Translations under genes and position numbers: made by a program
Notes under the pieces: model-generated
Told to the model about the DNA's origin: nothing
Databases searched by the model: none
Seen by the model: only the letters and a program-made list of their open reading frames with translations
Shown: in pieces, positions 38,361 to 47,991 of the stretch
How positions within the stretch are numbered: position 1 is the stretch's first letter
Layout: every line of letters begins with the position of its first letter
Origin: an uncultured Armatimonadetes bacterium
GTDB lineage: Bacteria > Armatimonadota > UBA5829 > DTJY01
Reading direction: 5' to 3'
DNA length: 64,000 nt
Assembly (NCBI GenBank): GCA_963717145.1
Contig: OY970325.1
Coordinates: 2,720,001-2,784,000, forward strand

Positions 38361-39344
38361 ATGATGCAGTTGCTGAGAAACAGGCTGGTGATCATGGCGC
38401 TCGTGGTCGGCTCGGCCACGGCGCTTCTCGCATACGTGTTTCTGGCCAGACAGGCGAGTGCCGCCACCAAGTCCGTGCAGGTGGTCGTGGCTCAGCATCG
38501 CGTTCCGGTCGGCACAATAATGACCCTAGATATGATAGCGCTTCGATCGATGCGGAGGAACACGGTGCCGTCAACAGCCATCCAGAGCTTGGAACTGGTC
38601 GCGGGCAAGGTTGCACGTGGCGAGATCACGGCAGGGCAAATCGTAACCGCCGAGATCCTGGCTGAGAGGAGCCGGCTTGCGCAGATGATCCCCCCCAATA
38701 TGCGAGCCGTGACGGTTTCCCTTATGCCGGTCATCGGCGTGGGCGGGTTCCTCAAGCCGGGAGACCATGTAGATGTGATCGCCACATTCGATATCAATGG
38801 CGGCACGTTGACCAGGACGATCCTTCAGAACGCCCTGCTGCTTGCCACCGGCACGGATATGCTTGTTGTCGACCAGGATCCAGCCCGGAGCAGCAAGCCG
38901 ACCAAGCCGGAGATGCAGCCAACCGCCACACTGGCCTTGTTGCCGACGGACGCGGAGAAGCTGATACTGGCCGAATCCAGGGGCGAACTCCGCCTCGTCC
39001 TGCGGAGGTCCGACGATCTCTCGGTGGCGACCACAAGAGGATTCACCGGGCGCGCGGTGATCGGGACTGTCCCGACGGACCAGCCACAGGGCAAACCGTA
39101 TGAGTCGCCCGCGATGAACCCGGCGCCACAGCAGTCGCCAACCGTGACGCTGACGCCCGCCAAGCTGCAGCCGAAACTCGAAGTGGTGATTCCTGCGATT
39201 CCGGTCCCCGTGCAGGCAACTACTGCGAGCAAGCCGCCCGTGACCAAGTCGCCGATTCCGGACCGCAAGATCCAGGTCATCCACGGAACCGCAGTGGAAG
39301 AAGTCGTTGTGTCAGGCGATAAGTCGGGAGGGGAACTCAGGTGA
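38361..39344 (+). CDS. cpaB: CpaB/RcpC (locus 2)
   Basis: MRAVTV...GVGGFLKPGDHVDV, LRLVLR; Pro-rich tail. Confidence 0.92.
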   Translation: MMQLLRNRLVIMALVVGSATALLAYVFLARQASAATKSVQVVVAQHRVPVGTIMTLDMIALRSMRRNTVPSTAIQSLELVAGKVARGEITAGQIVTAEILAERSRLAQMIPPNMRAVTVSLMPVIGVGGFLKPGDHVDVIATFDINGGTLTRTILQNALLLATGTDMLVVDQDPARSSKPTKPEMQPTATLALLPTDAEKLILAESRGELRLVLRRSDDLSVATTRGFTGRAVIGTVPTDQPQGKPYESPAMNPAPQQSPTVTLTPAKLQPKLEVVIPAIPVPVQATTASKPPVTKSPIPDRKIQVIHGTAVEEVVVSGDKSGGELR

Positions 39345-40549
39345 GGACACGAGTACTGATCGCCGAACGTGACAGGGAGTCTCGGAACTCCATAAGAGAA
39401 ATGATGAGCGAAGAGAGTGGCTTCGACGTCGTCGGTTTGGCTCGGGACAGCCAAGAGGCAATTCAGTTGGCGATGCAGCTCTCGCCTGATGTGGCTTTGA
39501 TAGCATACGATCTCCCTGGACTGACGGGGCCGGAGACGTGCGAGATACTGAGTTCGTTGTCGCCCGGCATCATGATCGGACTGATCGCGGATGCGAAGAC
39601 ACCGGAGCGCCTGGACAAGGCCCTGAACTGCGGAGCACGCACAGTCATAACCAAGCCTCTCAGCGCAGATCAGGTGTGCTCGCAGGTCACCGACTTAGCA
39701 GAGTTGAAGGAGCGGCAACAGTCGCCGGAAACCCGCCAATGGGCGGACCCGACGAAATACCCGAAGATCATCACTGTTACGGGCGCAAAGGGCGGCGTGG
39801 GCAAGAGCACAGTCGCGGCCAACCTTGCCACCGTCATGGCCTGGCGGGAGCCAGGCGCTGTAATATTGATAGACTTCTACACGCAATTCGGCGATATTGC
39901 CACCATGTTCAACTTCATTCCGAAGGGCACGATAGCCGAGATCATGCCCGTGTGCGCCGATCTGGACATCGGTCTCGTGAACAGCTACGTGACGCGGCAC
40001 TCGTCCGGAGTTCACATCCTCGTGATGTCAGTGGAGCCTCTGCCTCCGGAAGTCGTTGATCTCGAGTGCCTCGACAGTCTGTTCTATGTCCTGAAGAGCG
40101 AATACAAGTACATTATAGTGGACATGCCGCCGATGCTGTACACAACCACTCTGCACGTCCTGACCCATTCGAACATGATCCTGCTGATCGCCAATCTGCG
40201 CGACCTGACGACGTTGACCGACACCAGGAAGTTCTACGATACCCTTCACGACGAGCGAATCTCCGACGACAGCATCGGAATCGTGCTGAACCGGATATCC
40301 AGGACAAACAAGCTGCAACTCCGGGACGTCCAGCAAATGTTCGGCTGTCAGATTGTGGCCCATATTCCGGACTATGATAAGGTCTTAACGGCCATCAATG
40401 AGGGACGGCCTGCCGTGCTGATGGACAGGGGCTCCGCATTCACCCGCGGCATGGAACAGATCGCATCGGCGCTCTCTTCGCCGCCTGCCACCCCCAAAGA
40501 GATATCTGCAGCCGCAACGGACGAGAGGCAACTTGCCGCTATCCCATAG
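39341..40549 (+). CDS. cpaE: CpaE/TadZ (locus 2)
   Basis: Receiver-like N-terminus; GAKGGVGKST; paralogue of 7098-8312. Confidence 0.9.
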   Translation: MRTRVLIAERDRESRNSIREMMSEESGFDVVGLARDSQEAIQLAMQLSPDVALIAYDLPGLTGPETCEILSSLSPGIMIGLIADAKTPERLDKALNCGARTVITKPLSADQVCSQVTDLAELKERQQSPETRQWADPTKYPKIITVTGAKGGVGKSTVAANLATVMAWREPGAVILIDFYTQFGDIATMFNFIPKGTIAEIMPVCADLDIGLVNSYVTRHSSGVHILVMSVEPLPPEVVDLECLDSLFYVLKSEYKYIIVDMPPMLYTTTLHVLTHSNMILLIANLRDLTTLTDTRKFYDTLHDERISDDSIGIVLNRISRTNKLQLRDVQQMFGCQIVAHIPDYDKVLTAINEGRPAVLMDRGSAFTRGMEQIASALSSPPATPKEISAAATDERQLAAIP

Positions 40550-40564
40550 AAAGGTGATGAGGAC

Positions 40565-41905
40565 ATGAGCGCAGTCAGACTGGAAGAACGAACCGAACTG
40601 GACCGCTCCGGACGATCGGGAGCGCCAAGCGGCCAGCAATTGTCCCAACTGGAGGATAGGGTCCACCAACGGCTGATGCACAACATCAACCCCGTTGACC
40701 TAGTCAAGCTCGATAGGCCGGCGATGATGCGAGAGATAGCCGGGGTGTTGTATGAGATCACCAATGAGGAGAACACGCCGCTTCCGAGCCGGGCGCGCGA
40801 AGGCATAGTCAGTGACGTAGTCGACGAGATCCTCGGCTACGGGCCGATTCAGCCGCTTCTCGATGATCCCACCGTCAGCGAGGTAATGGTCAACGGATAC
40901 CGTCACGTCTACGTCGAGAGAAGCGGCAAGATCGTGCTGACCGATAAGGTCTTCCGAGACGACGGCCACATCATGCGCATCATCGAGCGGATTGTTGCCC
41001 CCCTCGGCAGGCGCATAGACGAGAGCTCGCCGATGGTGGATGCCCGACTCCCGGACGGCTCCCGCGTGAACGCCATCATCCCTCCGCTGGCTGTGAAAGG
41101 TCCGACTCTCACCATCCGCAAGTTCGCCAAAGATCCGCTCACCGCGGACGACCTGGTGAGATTCGGAACCCTGACGCAAAACATGGTGGACTTCCTGCGA
41201 GCGTGCGTCAAGGGTCGCATGAACATCATCGTCTCCGGTGGAACGGGCAGCGGCAAGACGACCACCCTGAATGTACTCTCGTCGTTCATCCCGGATGATG
41301 AACGGATACTGACAATTGAGGACGCCGCGGAACTGCAACTCCAACAGCAGCATGTCGTCAGCCTGGAGAGCCGCCCGCCTAACATCGAAGGAAAAGGCGA
41401 GGTAAGCATCCGCATGCTGGTTCGAAACTCCCTGAGAATGCGGCCGGACCGAATCATCGTCGGTGAGGTCAGAGGCGGGGAGGCGCTCGATATGCTGCAG
41501 GCGATGAACACCGGTCACGACGGCTCTCTGAGCACCGCGCATACCAACAGCCCGAGGGACACGATCTCGCGTCTGGAGACGATGGTGCTGATGGCCGGCA
41601 TGGACCTGCCCGCCAAAGCAATCGGGGAGCAGATAGCTGCAGCGATAGACGTGATCGTCCAGCAGAGCAGATTGCGAGACGGCAGCCGAAGGATCACCCA
41701 CATCACCGAGGTGCAGGGCATGGAGAGCGATGTTATCGTGCTGCAGGACGTCTTCAGATTCGAACAGCAGGGCGTCGATCCGCAGGGCAAGGTCATCGGC
41801 GAACTGAAGGCCACTGGTCTGCGCCCCAAACTCATGGAGCGGATAGCCCAGCAGGGGATGACACTGGATCCGAACATCTTCGACCCTGGAGGAGTCACCG
41901 CATGA
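40565..41905 (+). CDS. cpaF: CpaF/TadA ATPase (locus 2)
   Basis: GGTGSGKTT, RMRPDRIIVGEVRG, AMNTGHDG. Confidence 0.97.
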   Translation: MSAVRLEERTELDRSGRSGAPSGQQLSQLEDRVHQRLMHNINPVDLVKLDRPAMMREIAGVLYEITNEENTPLPSRAREGIVSDVVDEILGYGPIQPLLDDPTVSEVMVNGYRHVYVERSGKIVLTDKVFRDDGHIMRIIERIVAPLGRRIDESSPMVDARLPDGSRVNAIIPPLAVKGPTLTIRKFAKDPLTADDLVRFGTLTQNMVDFLRACVKGRMNIIVSGGTGSGKTTTLNVLSSFIPDDERILTIEDAAELQLQQQHVVSLESRPPNIEGKGEVSIRMLVRNSLRMRPDRIIVGEVRGGEALDMLQAMNTGHDGSLSTAHTNSPRDTISRLETMVLMAGMDLPAKAIGEQIAAAIDVIVQQSRLRDGSRRITHITEVQGMESDVIVLQDVFRFEQQGVDPQGKVIGELKATGLRPKLMERIAQQGMTLDPNIFDPGGVTA

Positions 41906-42855
41906 TCATCATTGTCACGGTGCTGATCTTCATATTGGTCGTGACCGTGGTCATCCTGCTTGGCGTGCGCAGTAACAGCCGGGCGGGAGACACCAAGGAA
42001 AGGCTGAAGGCTCTGCTCGGGGGGTCGCTCTCCGCGACAGCCGACTTCGAGCAGCCGGCTGCCGTCCAGGGCGAAGCGAAGACACCTCGCCGGTCCATGA
42101 TGGGGAAGGGAATGACTGAGCGGCTGTCCGCCTCGTTGTCCGCCGCGGGCTTGTCGATACGTCCCAGCGAGTTCATGGCGGCCGTGCTCGGGGGTGTCGT
42201 GTTCGCGCAGATTCTGGCGGTGGTGTTGTTCCACAATGTGCTGGGGTCCGCCGCGTTCGGCCTGCTGAGCTTGTACGCCCCGGGAGCGGTCCTGCGCTTC
42301 ATGGAGCATCGGCGACAGGCGGCATTCAACGCCCAGATAGCCGACGCAATCCTGATGATCAGTTCGTCCCTGCGCTCGGGGTTCAGCTTCCTCAGAGGGC
42401 TGCAGATGATTGCCAAGGAAATGCCTCCGCCTATCTCGCAGGAGTTTCAGCGAGTGGTCGACGAGGTGAACGTAGCCAGACCGTTGGAGGATGCTCTCGC
42501 CGACGTTGTCCACAGGGTGAAGAGCTACGACTTCGACCTCGTGTGCACGGCAGTGCTGATCCAGATCGGTGTCGGCGGCAATCTTGCCGATGTGCTGGAA
42601 AGCATAGGCAATACAATCAGGGAGAGAGTCCAGGTAATCGGTGAGATGCGGGCATTGACCGCTGAGGGAAAGATGTCGGGGATGATCCTGATGCTTATGC
42701 CGGTCGGCGTAGGCTTACTCCTCGCGGCGCGTAACCCGGAGTATATGGCGCCTCTGATCACCGAACCTATCGGACACATGATGCTCGCAGTAGCGGCCGT
42801 GATGCAACTGATGGGCGGCTTCATAATCAAGAAGATGCTGGTGCTGGATGTCTGA
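41902..42855 (+). CDS. tadB: TadB (locus 2)
   Basis: LRSGFSF, PISQEF, GVGGNLADVL, LTAEG. Confidence 0.92.
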   Translation: MIIIVTVLIFILVVTVVILLGVRSNSRAGDTKERLKALLGGSLSATADFEQPAAVQGEAKTPRRSMMGKGMTERLSASLSAAGLSIRPSEFMAAVLGGVVFAQILAVVLFHNVLGSAAFGLLSLYAPGAVLRFMEHRRQAAFNAQIADAILMISSSLRSGFSFLRGLQMIAKEMPPPISQEFQRVVDEVNVARPLEDALADVVHRVKSYDFDLVCTAVLIQIGVGGNLADVLESIGNTIRERVQVIGEMRALTAEGKMSGMILMLMPVGVGLLLAARNPEYMAPLITEPIGHMMLAVAAVMQLMGGFIIKKMLVLDV

Positions 42856-42900
42856 TCCGCGCCATGCGTTTCCCGCACAATGCGGGAGAGGCTGAAAACA

Positions 42901-43834
42901 ATGCTGATCATAGTAGCCATAGGCGTGTTCATATCGATTGCCCTGCTGATCCTGGGCCTCACACTGAGAATCCGAGAGGGAAACCATTCGCGCGAGGCTC
43001 GATGAGCAGGCGCGGCCGCATGTGACCGCTGTTGCAATGAGCGCGGTGGAACAGGAGCTGGCGAAGCCCTTCGCAGAGCGGGTCGTTCGTCCATGGCTTC
43101 ATCGCCTGGCGCGCATCGCGGAGCGCATGACGCCGCGCGGATCGGCGGAGAATGTGGACGGCAAGCTCAATGCGGCGGGCCGCCCCTGGCATCTCAACGC
43201 ACGTGAGTTCACCGGCCTGCGAGTTCTGTCCATCATGGTCTTCCTGGTCCCCGGGTTCGTAGCACTGAGAGGCATTGACGGCTCGATCCTCATGCGCATG
43301 GCGGCCGCCGGCCTGTGTATCTTCGTGGGGGTGATGCTGCCCGACTTCATGCTCGCCAGAGCCGCCGGTGAGAGGAAGGCGCAGATCCGCAGGACATTGC
43401 CGGATACTTTGGACCTTCTGATGGTGAGCGTGGAGGCCGGTCTGGGCCTCGACGCGGCGATTCAGAAAGTGACCGAGAAACTGCAAGGCCCGCTGGCGGA
43501 TGAAATGCGCCAGGCCTTGCAAGAGATGCGCCTCGGCAAGCTGCGAATGGAAGCCCTGCGGTCGATGGCGCAACGTTCACAGGTTGCCGAGCTATCGATG
43601 TTCGTCGCGGCCGTATATCAGGCCGACCAGCTCGGGGTGAGTATATCGAGGGTGCTCAAAATACAGGGCCAGACGCTTCGATCACAGCGAACTCAACGCG
43701 CGCGGGAAGTCGCGGCGAAACTTCCTATCAAGATGCTCTTCCCCCTAATCTTCTTCATATTCCCGGCGCTGTTCGTGGTGATCCTCGCGCCCGGCGCGAT
43801 ACAGGCGGCCAAGGCCCTGGGGATCACACCCTAA
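42901..43834 (+). CDS. tadC: TadC (locus 2), split by a 1-nt insertion near 42969
   Basis: Removing one A from AGAATCC gives ...GLTLRSERETIRARL..., matching tadC1 GLSTRSERSVIRERM; LPDTLDL, VEAGLGLD, KLPIKM. Confidence 0.88.
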
Positions 43835-43863
43835 CTGGTATGTGGAGAAAGAGGAGTGAAATC

Positions 43864-45144
43864 ATGGCATGCACAGATTCTGTCTCACCCGATAGACCCG
43901 AGAGCCGTCGAGGGGCCGTGCTCATCTTGTTCACGATATCGATCCTGGCCCTGCTGGGAATCTGCGCACTGGTCATCGACTTAGGCATCGCGTATGTTGC
44001 CGACGCGCAATTACAGAATGCCGCCGATGCCGCGGCTATGGCCGGCGTGGGGAAGCTGCGCGAAAGGCTGGATCAGGAGGCGACCAAGCAGGAGGCGATT
44101 GTGATAGCCGCCGCCAACAAGGTTCTCGGGGACTCCCAGATAGTCTCCTATGGAGATGTCGTGGTCGGCAGTTGGAATGCGACTACTCAGCAGATCATAC
44201 CCTGGAACGAGACAAACGGCGCCTTCGCGGTTCAGGTGACCGCTAAGCGCACGACGGGCTCGACAAACGGTCCGGTACCCACGTTCTTCGCCAGGATCTT
44301 CGGCATTCATTCGACGGACATGACGTGTACCGCCATCGCCGGAGTCGAAGCTCGTCTGCAGGCAAGAAGGGCGGTGTCCATCATGGTCGTCCAGGATGGA
44401 TCGTCCTCATTCCAGAGCGCGTGGTCCAAGGCAGTGGACGCCGACACGGCATTGTTCAGCCTGATAAACGGTGTCTCGGTGACAAACGACTGCATGGGCA
44501 TAGTGACTTTCACCGCAAAACTGCCAAATTCGTATCTTCAGCAAGCGGGGCTACTCACCTCGTACAATCAGAACCCCGGGATGAATGAGGGAATCAAGTA
44601 CACAACGAACTCCAGTGGGCGACCAAGGAAGACAAACGCCCAAGGGGTCTCCGACTCCAACGGGTTGGTCCGACCCATGACCGGCCCGCTGACGTCGTTC
44701 GACCCCAACAACCATTCCGTCTTGCCGACGGGTCTCGACACGGCGGGCAAGCTGGTAAAGAATGGCATCTGCTGGGGAGATACCGACACCTCCGCCGGGC
44801 TGAACTACGCGATCGACCGGCTGCAGGCTGCCAACCCCGCCACCGACAAGGTGATCGTGCTCTTCAGTGACGGCAAACCGCACTCGGTCGCTGACGGTGG
44901 CAATGGGGCGGCGACTCACGCGTTCGAAGTGGCCGCCGTTGCCGCCGCAGACAGAGCCGCGGCGCTGGGGATTCGCATCCATACGGTTACCCTGGAAGGA
45001 ACGCACGGGGCTAACTTCATATTCAACGAAGGATTGGTGCGGAACGGCGGCGCGGCACTGCGGGCTGCCAACGCGGACCAACTGCGCGGCCTTCTGATCG
45101 CTGTAGGGACGATCGAGGTCGGCCGCCCGCGACTCCTCAAGTGA
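43864..45144 (+). CDS. tadG: TadG-like protein with vWA domain (putative pilus tip adhesin)
   Basis: RG|AVLIL...LQNAADAAAMAG; MIDAS residues DGSSS, GDT.T..GL, LFSDG. Confidence 0.88.
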   Translation: MACTDSVSPDRPESRRGAVLILFTISILALLGICALVIDLGIAYVADAQLQNAADAAAMAGVGKLRERLDQEATKQEAIVIAAANKVLGDSQIVSYGDVVVGSWNATTQQIIPWNETNGAFAVQVTAKRTTGSTNGPVPTFFARIFGIHSTDMTCTAIAGVEARLQARRAVSIMVVQDGSSSFQSAWSKAVDADTALFSLINGVSVTNDCMGIVTFTAKLPNSYLQQAGLLTSYNQNPGMNEGIKYTTNSSGRPRKTNAQGVSDSNGLVRPMTGPLTSFDPNNHSVLPTGLDTAGKLVKNGICWGDTDTSAGLNYAIDRLQAANPATDKVIVLFSDGKPHSVADGGNGAATHAFEVAAVAAADRAAALGIRIHTVTLEGTHGANFIFNEGLVRNGGAALRAANADQLRGLLIAVGTIEVGRPRLLK

Positions 45145-45176
45145 TCGGTAAGTCGCCGGATTCTTACTCCGCGCGG

Positions 45177-46616
45177 CTACTCCTCCAGGGGCACCTTGCG
45201 ATTCCTGAACCAGCGCTTGCCCATCTGATCCTTGAACCGCTCGACGTAGGCGTCCGATGGCTCGAACTTGTCGCCGATCTTCGCCATCATCGACTGAAGC
45301 TGGGCGTCCAACTTGTCCTGCACGGCCTTGTGCGCCGGCTTGTTGACGAGGTTGTCCTTCTGGTAGGGGTCCTTCTCGTTGTCGAACAGAAGCCATGCCT
45401 TGCCACGGAATCGGGCATACGTATACTGCGCCGTTCGGACCCCGCGCCACTCCGCATTGGCCTTGGGTCCGACATCGATGATACGCTGGAGTAGGACCGC
45501 CTCGGGCTTCTTCCCACCCTTGCCGAGGATTACCGGCGAGAGGTCCGTGCCCTCGACCGCCTTCGGGACGGAGATATCGCACATCGAGAGGAGCGTCGGC
45601 ATGACATCGACCGAGTTGATCATGCAGTCGGTCTTCTGGCCGGCCTTGATCGCCCTCGGGTAGCGCATGATGAACGGCACGTTGATGCTCTCCTCGTACG
45701 GCACGTTCTTGCCCTTGAGTCCCTGGCTGCCGAACATGTCGCCGTGATCGCTCGAGAAGCAGATAATCGTGTCGTCCGCGAGGCCGAGGTCGTCGAGCGC
45801 CTTCATGATCCGACCCATGTTGTCATCGAGGTTGGTGATCATGCCGTTGTACTTCACCACATCGGCGCTGAGGTCCATGCCCTTGGGGACGTTCGGACGC
45901 TTGGCAAGCTTGGCGGCGTCGTACATCTTCTCGTACTTCTCAGGCGCTCCGATCGGGGGATGCGGCGCGCGCCAGGCGAGCATGAGAAAGAACGGGTTCT
46001 TCGTATTCGCCTTCATGAAGTCGATCGCGATGTCGGTCTGACCGTCCATCTCGTACCCGGGGATCGGTATCTCCTCCGGCGTGTCCTTGCAGTAGAAGCT
46101 GTCGAAATACTCGCCGCCGAGGTTGCGGGATGCCCAGAACTCGAAGCCGTGACGGCGGTCCTTCGGGATGAACGAGTCGTGGTTCTTCTCGAGATGCCAC
46201 TTGCCGATGAAGCCGGTCTTGTACCCCTGCTGCTTGAAGGATTCCGCGATCGTGACCTCGCTCTCGGGCAGGGCGATCTCGTTTGAGACCATGCCGGTCG
46301 AGGTGCCGTAGCGGCCGGTCATAATCATCGCGCGGTAAGGAGTGCAGAGCGGATACCCACTGATCGCATCGGTGAAGAGCATCCCCAGCGAGGCGAGCCG
46401 GTCGAAGTTCGGCGTGCGGATATCCTTATCCTGACCAATGCATCCGAGCGAGCAGTTGCGCATCTGGTCGGCAAATATGAATACGACGTTCGGCTTGTTC
46501 TTCGGAGCGTCTGCACACGATACTATCCCCGGCAAGCCGCCGAGCACCGTCAATCCCGCGAGCGCTCCCACGCCTCGGGTCAAGAACTCTCTTCTGGTCG
46601 GTTTATCTGATGTCAA
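45177..46616 (-). CDS. Tat-exported formylglycine-dependent sulfatase
   Basis: TRREFL Tat motif; KPNVVFIFADQ, CTPYR (CxPxR), GKWHL, SSDHGD. TTG start at 46616 inferred (ORF open to 46640). Confidence 0.93.
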   Translation of the reverse strand: MTSDKPTRREFLTRGVGALAGLTVLGGLPGIVSCADAPKNKPNVVFIFADQMRNCSLGCIGQDKDIRTPNFDRLASLGMLFTDAISGYPLCTPYRAMIMTGRYGTSTGMVSNEIALPESEVTIAESFKQQGYKTGFIGKWHLEKNHDSFIPKDRRHGFEFWASRNLGGEYFDSFYCKDTPEEIPIPGYEMDGQTDIAIDFMKANTKNPFFLMLAWRAPHPPIGAPEKYEKMYDAAKLAKRPNVPKGMDLSADVVKYNGMITNLDDNMGRIMKALDDLGLADDTIICFSSDHGDMFGSQGLKGKNVPYEESINVPFIMRYPRAIKAGQKTDCMINSVDVMPTLLSMCDISVPKAVEGTDLSPVILGKGGKKPEAVLLQRIIDVGPKANAEWRGVRTAQYTYARFRGKAWLLFDNEKDPYQKDNLVNKPAHKAVQDKLDAQLQSMMAKIGDKFEPSDAYVERFKDQMGKRWFRNRKVPLEE

Positions 46617-46969
46617 CTGCGAATCTTCCTTTCCAAACACTGATTGGTCCTAGGCCCTAGGGGTCTCATGGCGACTATGGTTCAGACGGCCAGGCCGCCG
46701 GAAGGTTCAGTGTGATATAGCCTTAGCCTGATGCCTTGCCGTTTCCTGCAGGATTACCGGCGGCACGGCCAGAACATCGGTTGTGACGGAGACGAAGGGT
46801 GTTGGTGCGGATTTTGTAATCCAGCACCCGAGGGCAGACCGGCATCTGTGATGCCTTCTCCGCCGTGAGAGGATCACAGATCCTGCTTTGCCAATGCGGG
46901 CTGGAATGCAAATCCGCCCGAACATGCTCGCGGGAGACGCCCGAACATGTTCACGGGAGGCGATTCGAC

Positions 46970-47824
46970 ATGAAGATCACTGCCATACTCATCATCATCG
47001 TGACGGTCGCATTGTGTGCCGCATCGGCCGCCAACGATGACGGCAAGGTCAGGATCTACATCATGACCGACATGGAGGGCGTCACCTCGATCGAGTCCTT
47101 CGAGATGATCCAGCGAGACGGCCCTCGATTCCAGGAGTGCCGCAAGCTCCTGATGGACGACGTCAACGCCGCGATCGAGGGCGCGTTCGCTGGGGGAGCG
47201 GACGAGGTGTGGGTGCTCGACGCTCACAGTACCGGGAAGAACTTCATCCCCGGGACGCTCGACAAACGCGCCGTCCAGGATCCGCGCGATCTCAAGGGAT
47301 GGTGGGCCGGGATGGATGAGACGTTCGATGGAACGTTCTTCGTCGGCGCCCATGCGATGGCCGGGACGTTGAACGCCTTCCTCGATCACACCATGAACTC
47401 GACCGCCTGGCATCACTACAGGCTGAACGGCAAGCGGTACGGCGAGATAGAGATCTGGGGCACGATGGCCGGCCACTTCGGCATCCCGATGCTCATGGTC
47501 TCGGGCGACGAGGCGGTCTGCGCCGAGGCGAAGGCGTTCTTCGGCACGATCGAGACGGCCGCCGTGAAGAAGGCGACCGCTCGGAACAAGGCGGAGTGCC
47601 TCCCCGCCGATGAGGCACGCGCCCGGATACGTGAGGCCGCCCGCCGAGCCGTTTCGCTGATCGGCAAGGCCAAGCCGATCGTCCCGCCGAAGCGACTGGA
47701 GATCACATTGGAGTACAACCGCGCCAACTACTGCGACTCGGGGGCAAAGAAGCCCGGCGTCGAGCGCGTCGATGCCTACACGATTCGCAAGGTAACGGAG
47801 AACCCGCTGGAGTTGCTGCCGTAA
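46970..47824 (+). CDS. M55 family D-aminopeptidase (DppA-like) with signal peptide
   Basis: YIMTDMEG, DAH, GAHA, LDHT, GE, VSGD motifs; GGGAGG SD. Confidence 0.9.
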   Translation: MKITAILIIIVTVALCAASAANDDGKVRIYIMTDMEGVTSIESFEMIQRDGPRFQECRKLLMDDVNAAIEGAFAGGADEVWVLDAHSTGKNFIPGTLDKRAVQDPRDLKGWWAGMDETFDGTFFVGAHAMAGTLNAFLDHTMNSTAWHHYRLNGKRYGEIEIWGTMAGHFGIPMLMVSGDEAVCAEAKAFFGTIETAAVKKATARNKAECLPADEARARIREAARRAVSLIGKAKPIVPPKRLEITLEYNRANYCDSGAKKPGVERVDAYTIRKVTENPLELLP

Positions 47825-47973
47825 ACTCGAAGCACGAAACACGAGATTCGAAACAAATCCGAATAACTGAGATCAAAAAAGGCAAAACGCGTCTTCGCTG
47901 GCAAAGGTATTTGATTTGCCTCTTTCCTGATTTGCCTTGTTGTTTCGTGCTTCGGATTTCGGATTTCGAATTT
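47825..47973. repeat. Heptamer-rich imperfect hairpin in intergenic spacer
   Basis: 14-bp inverted repeat CGAAGCACGAAACA (47828-47841) / TGTTTCGTGCTTCG (47941-47954) plus tandem CGGATTT units. Confidence 0.65.
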
Positions 47974-47991
47974 GCCTCATGGAGGTCTTCA

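Noticed and set aside
46640..46710. Cyclic-di-GMP-I riboswitch, also sought upstream of both flp genes
   Set aside because: A 3'-like GACGGCCAGGCCGCC is present, but the GGCAAA...GAAA...CGCAAAGC core is missing.
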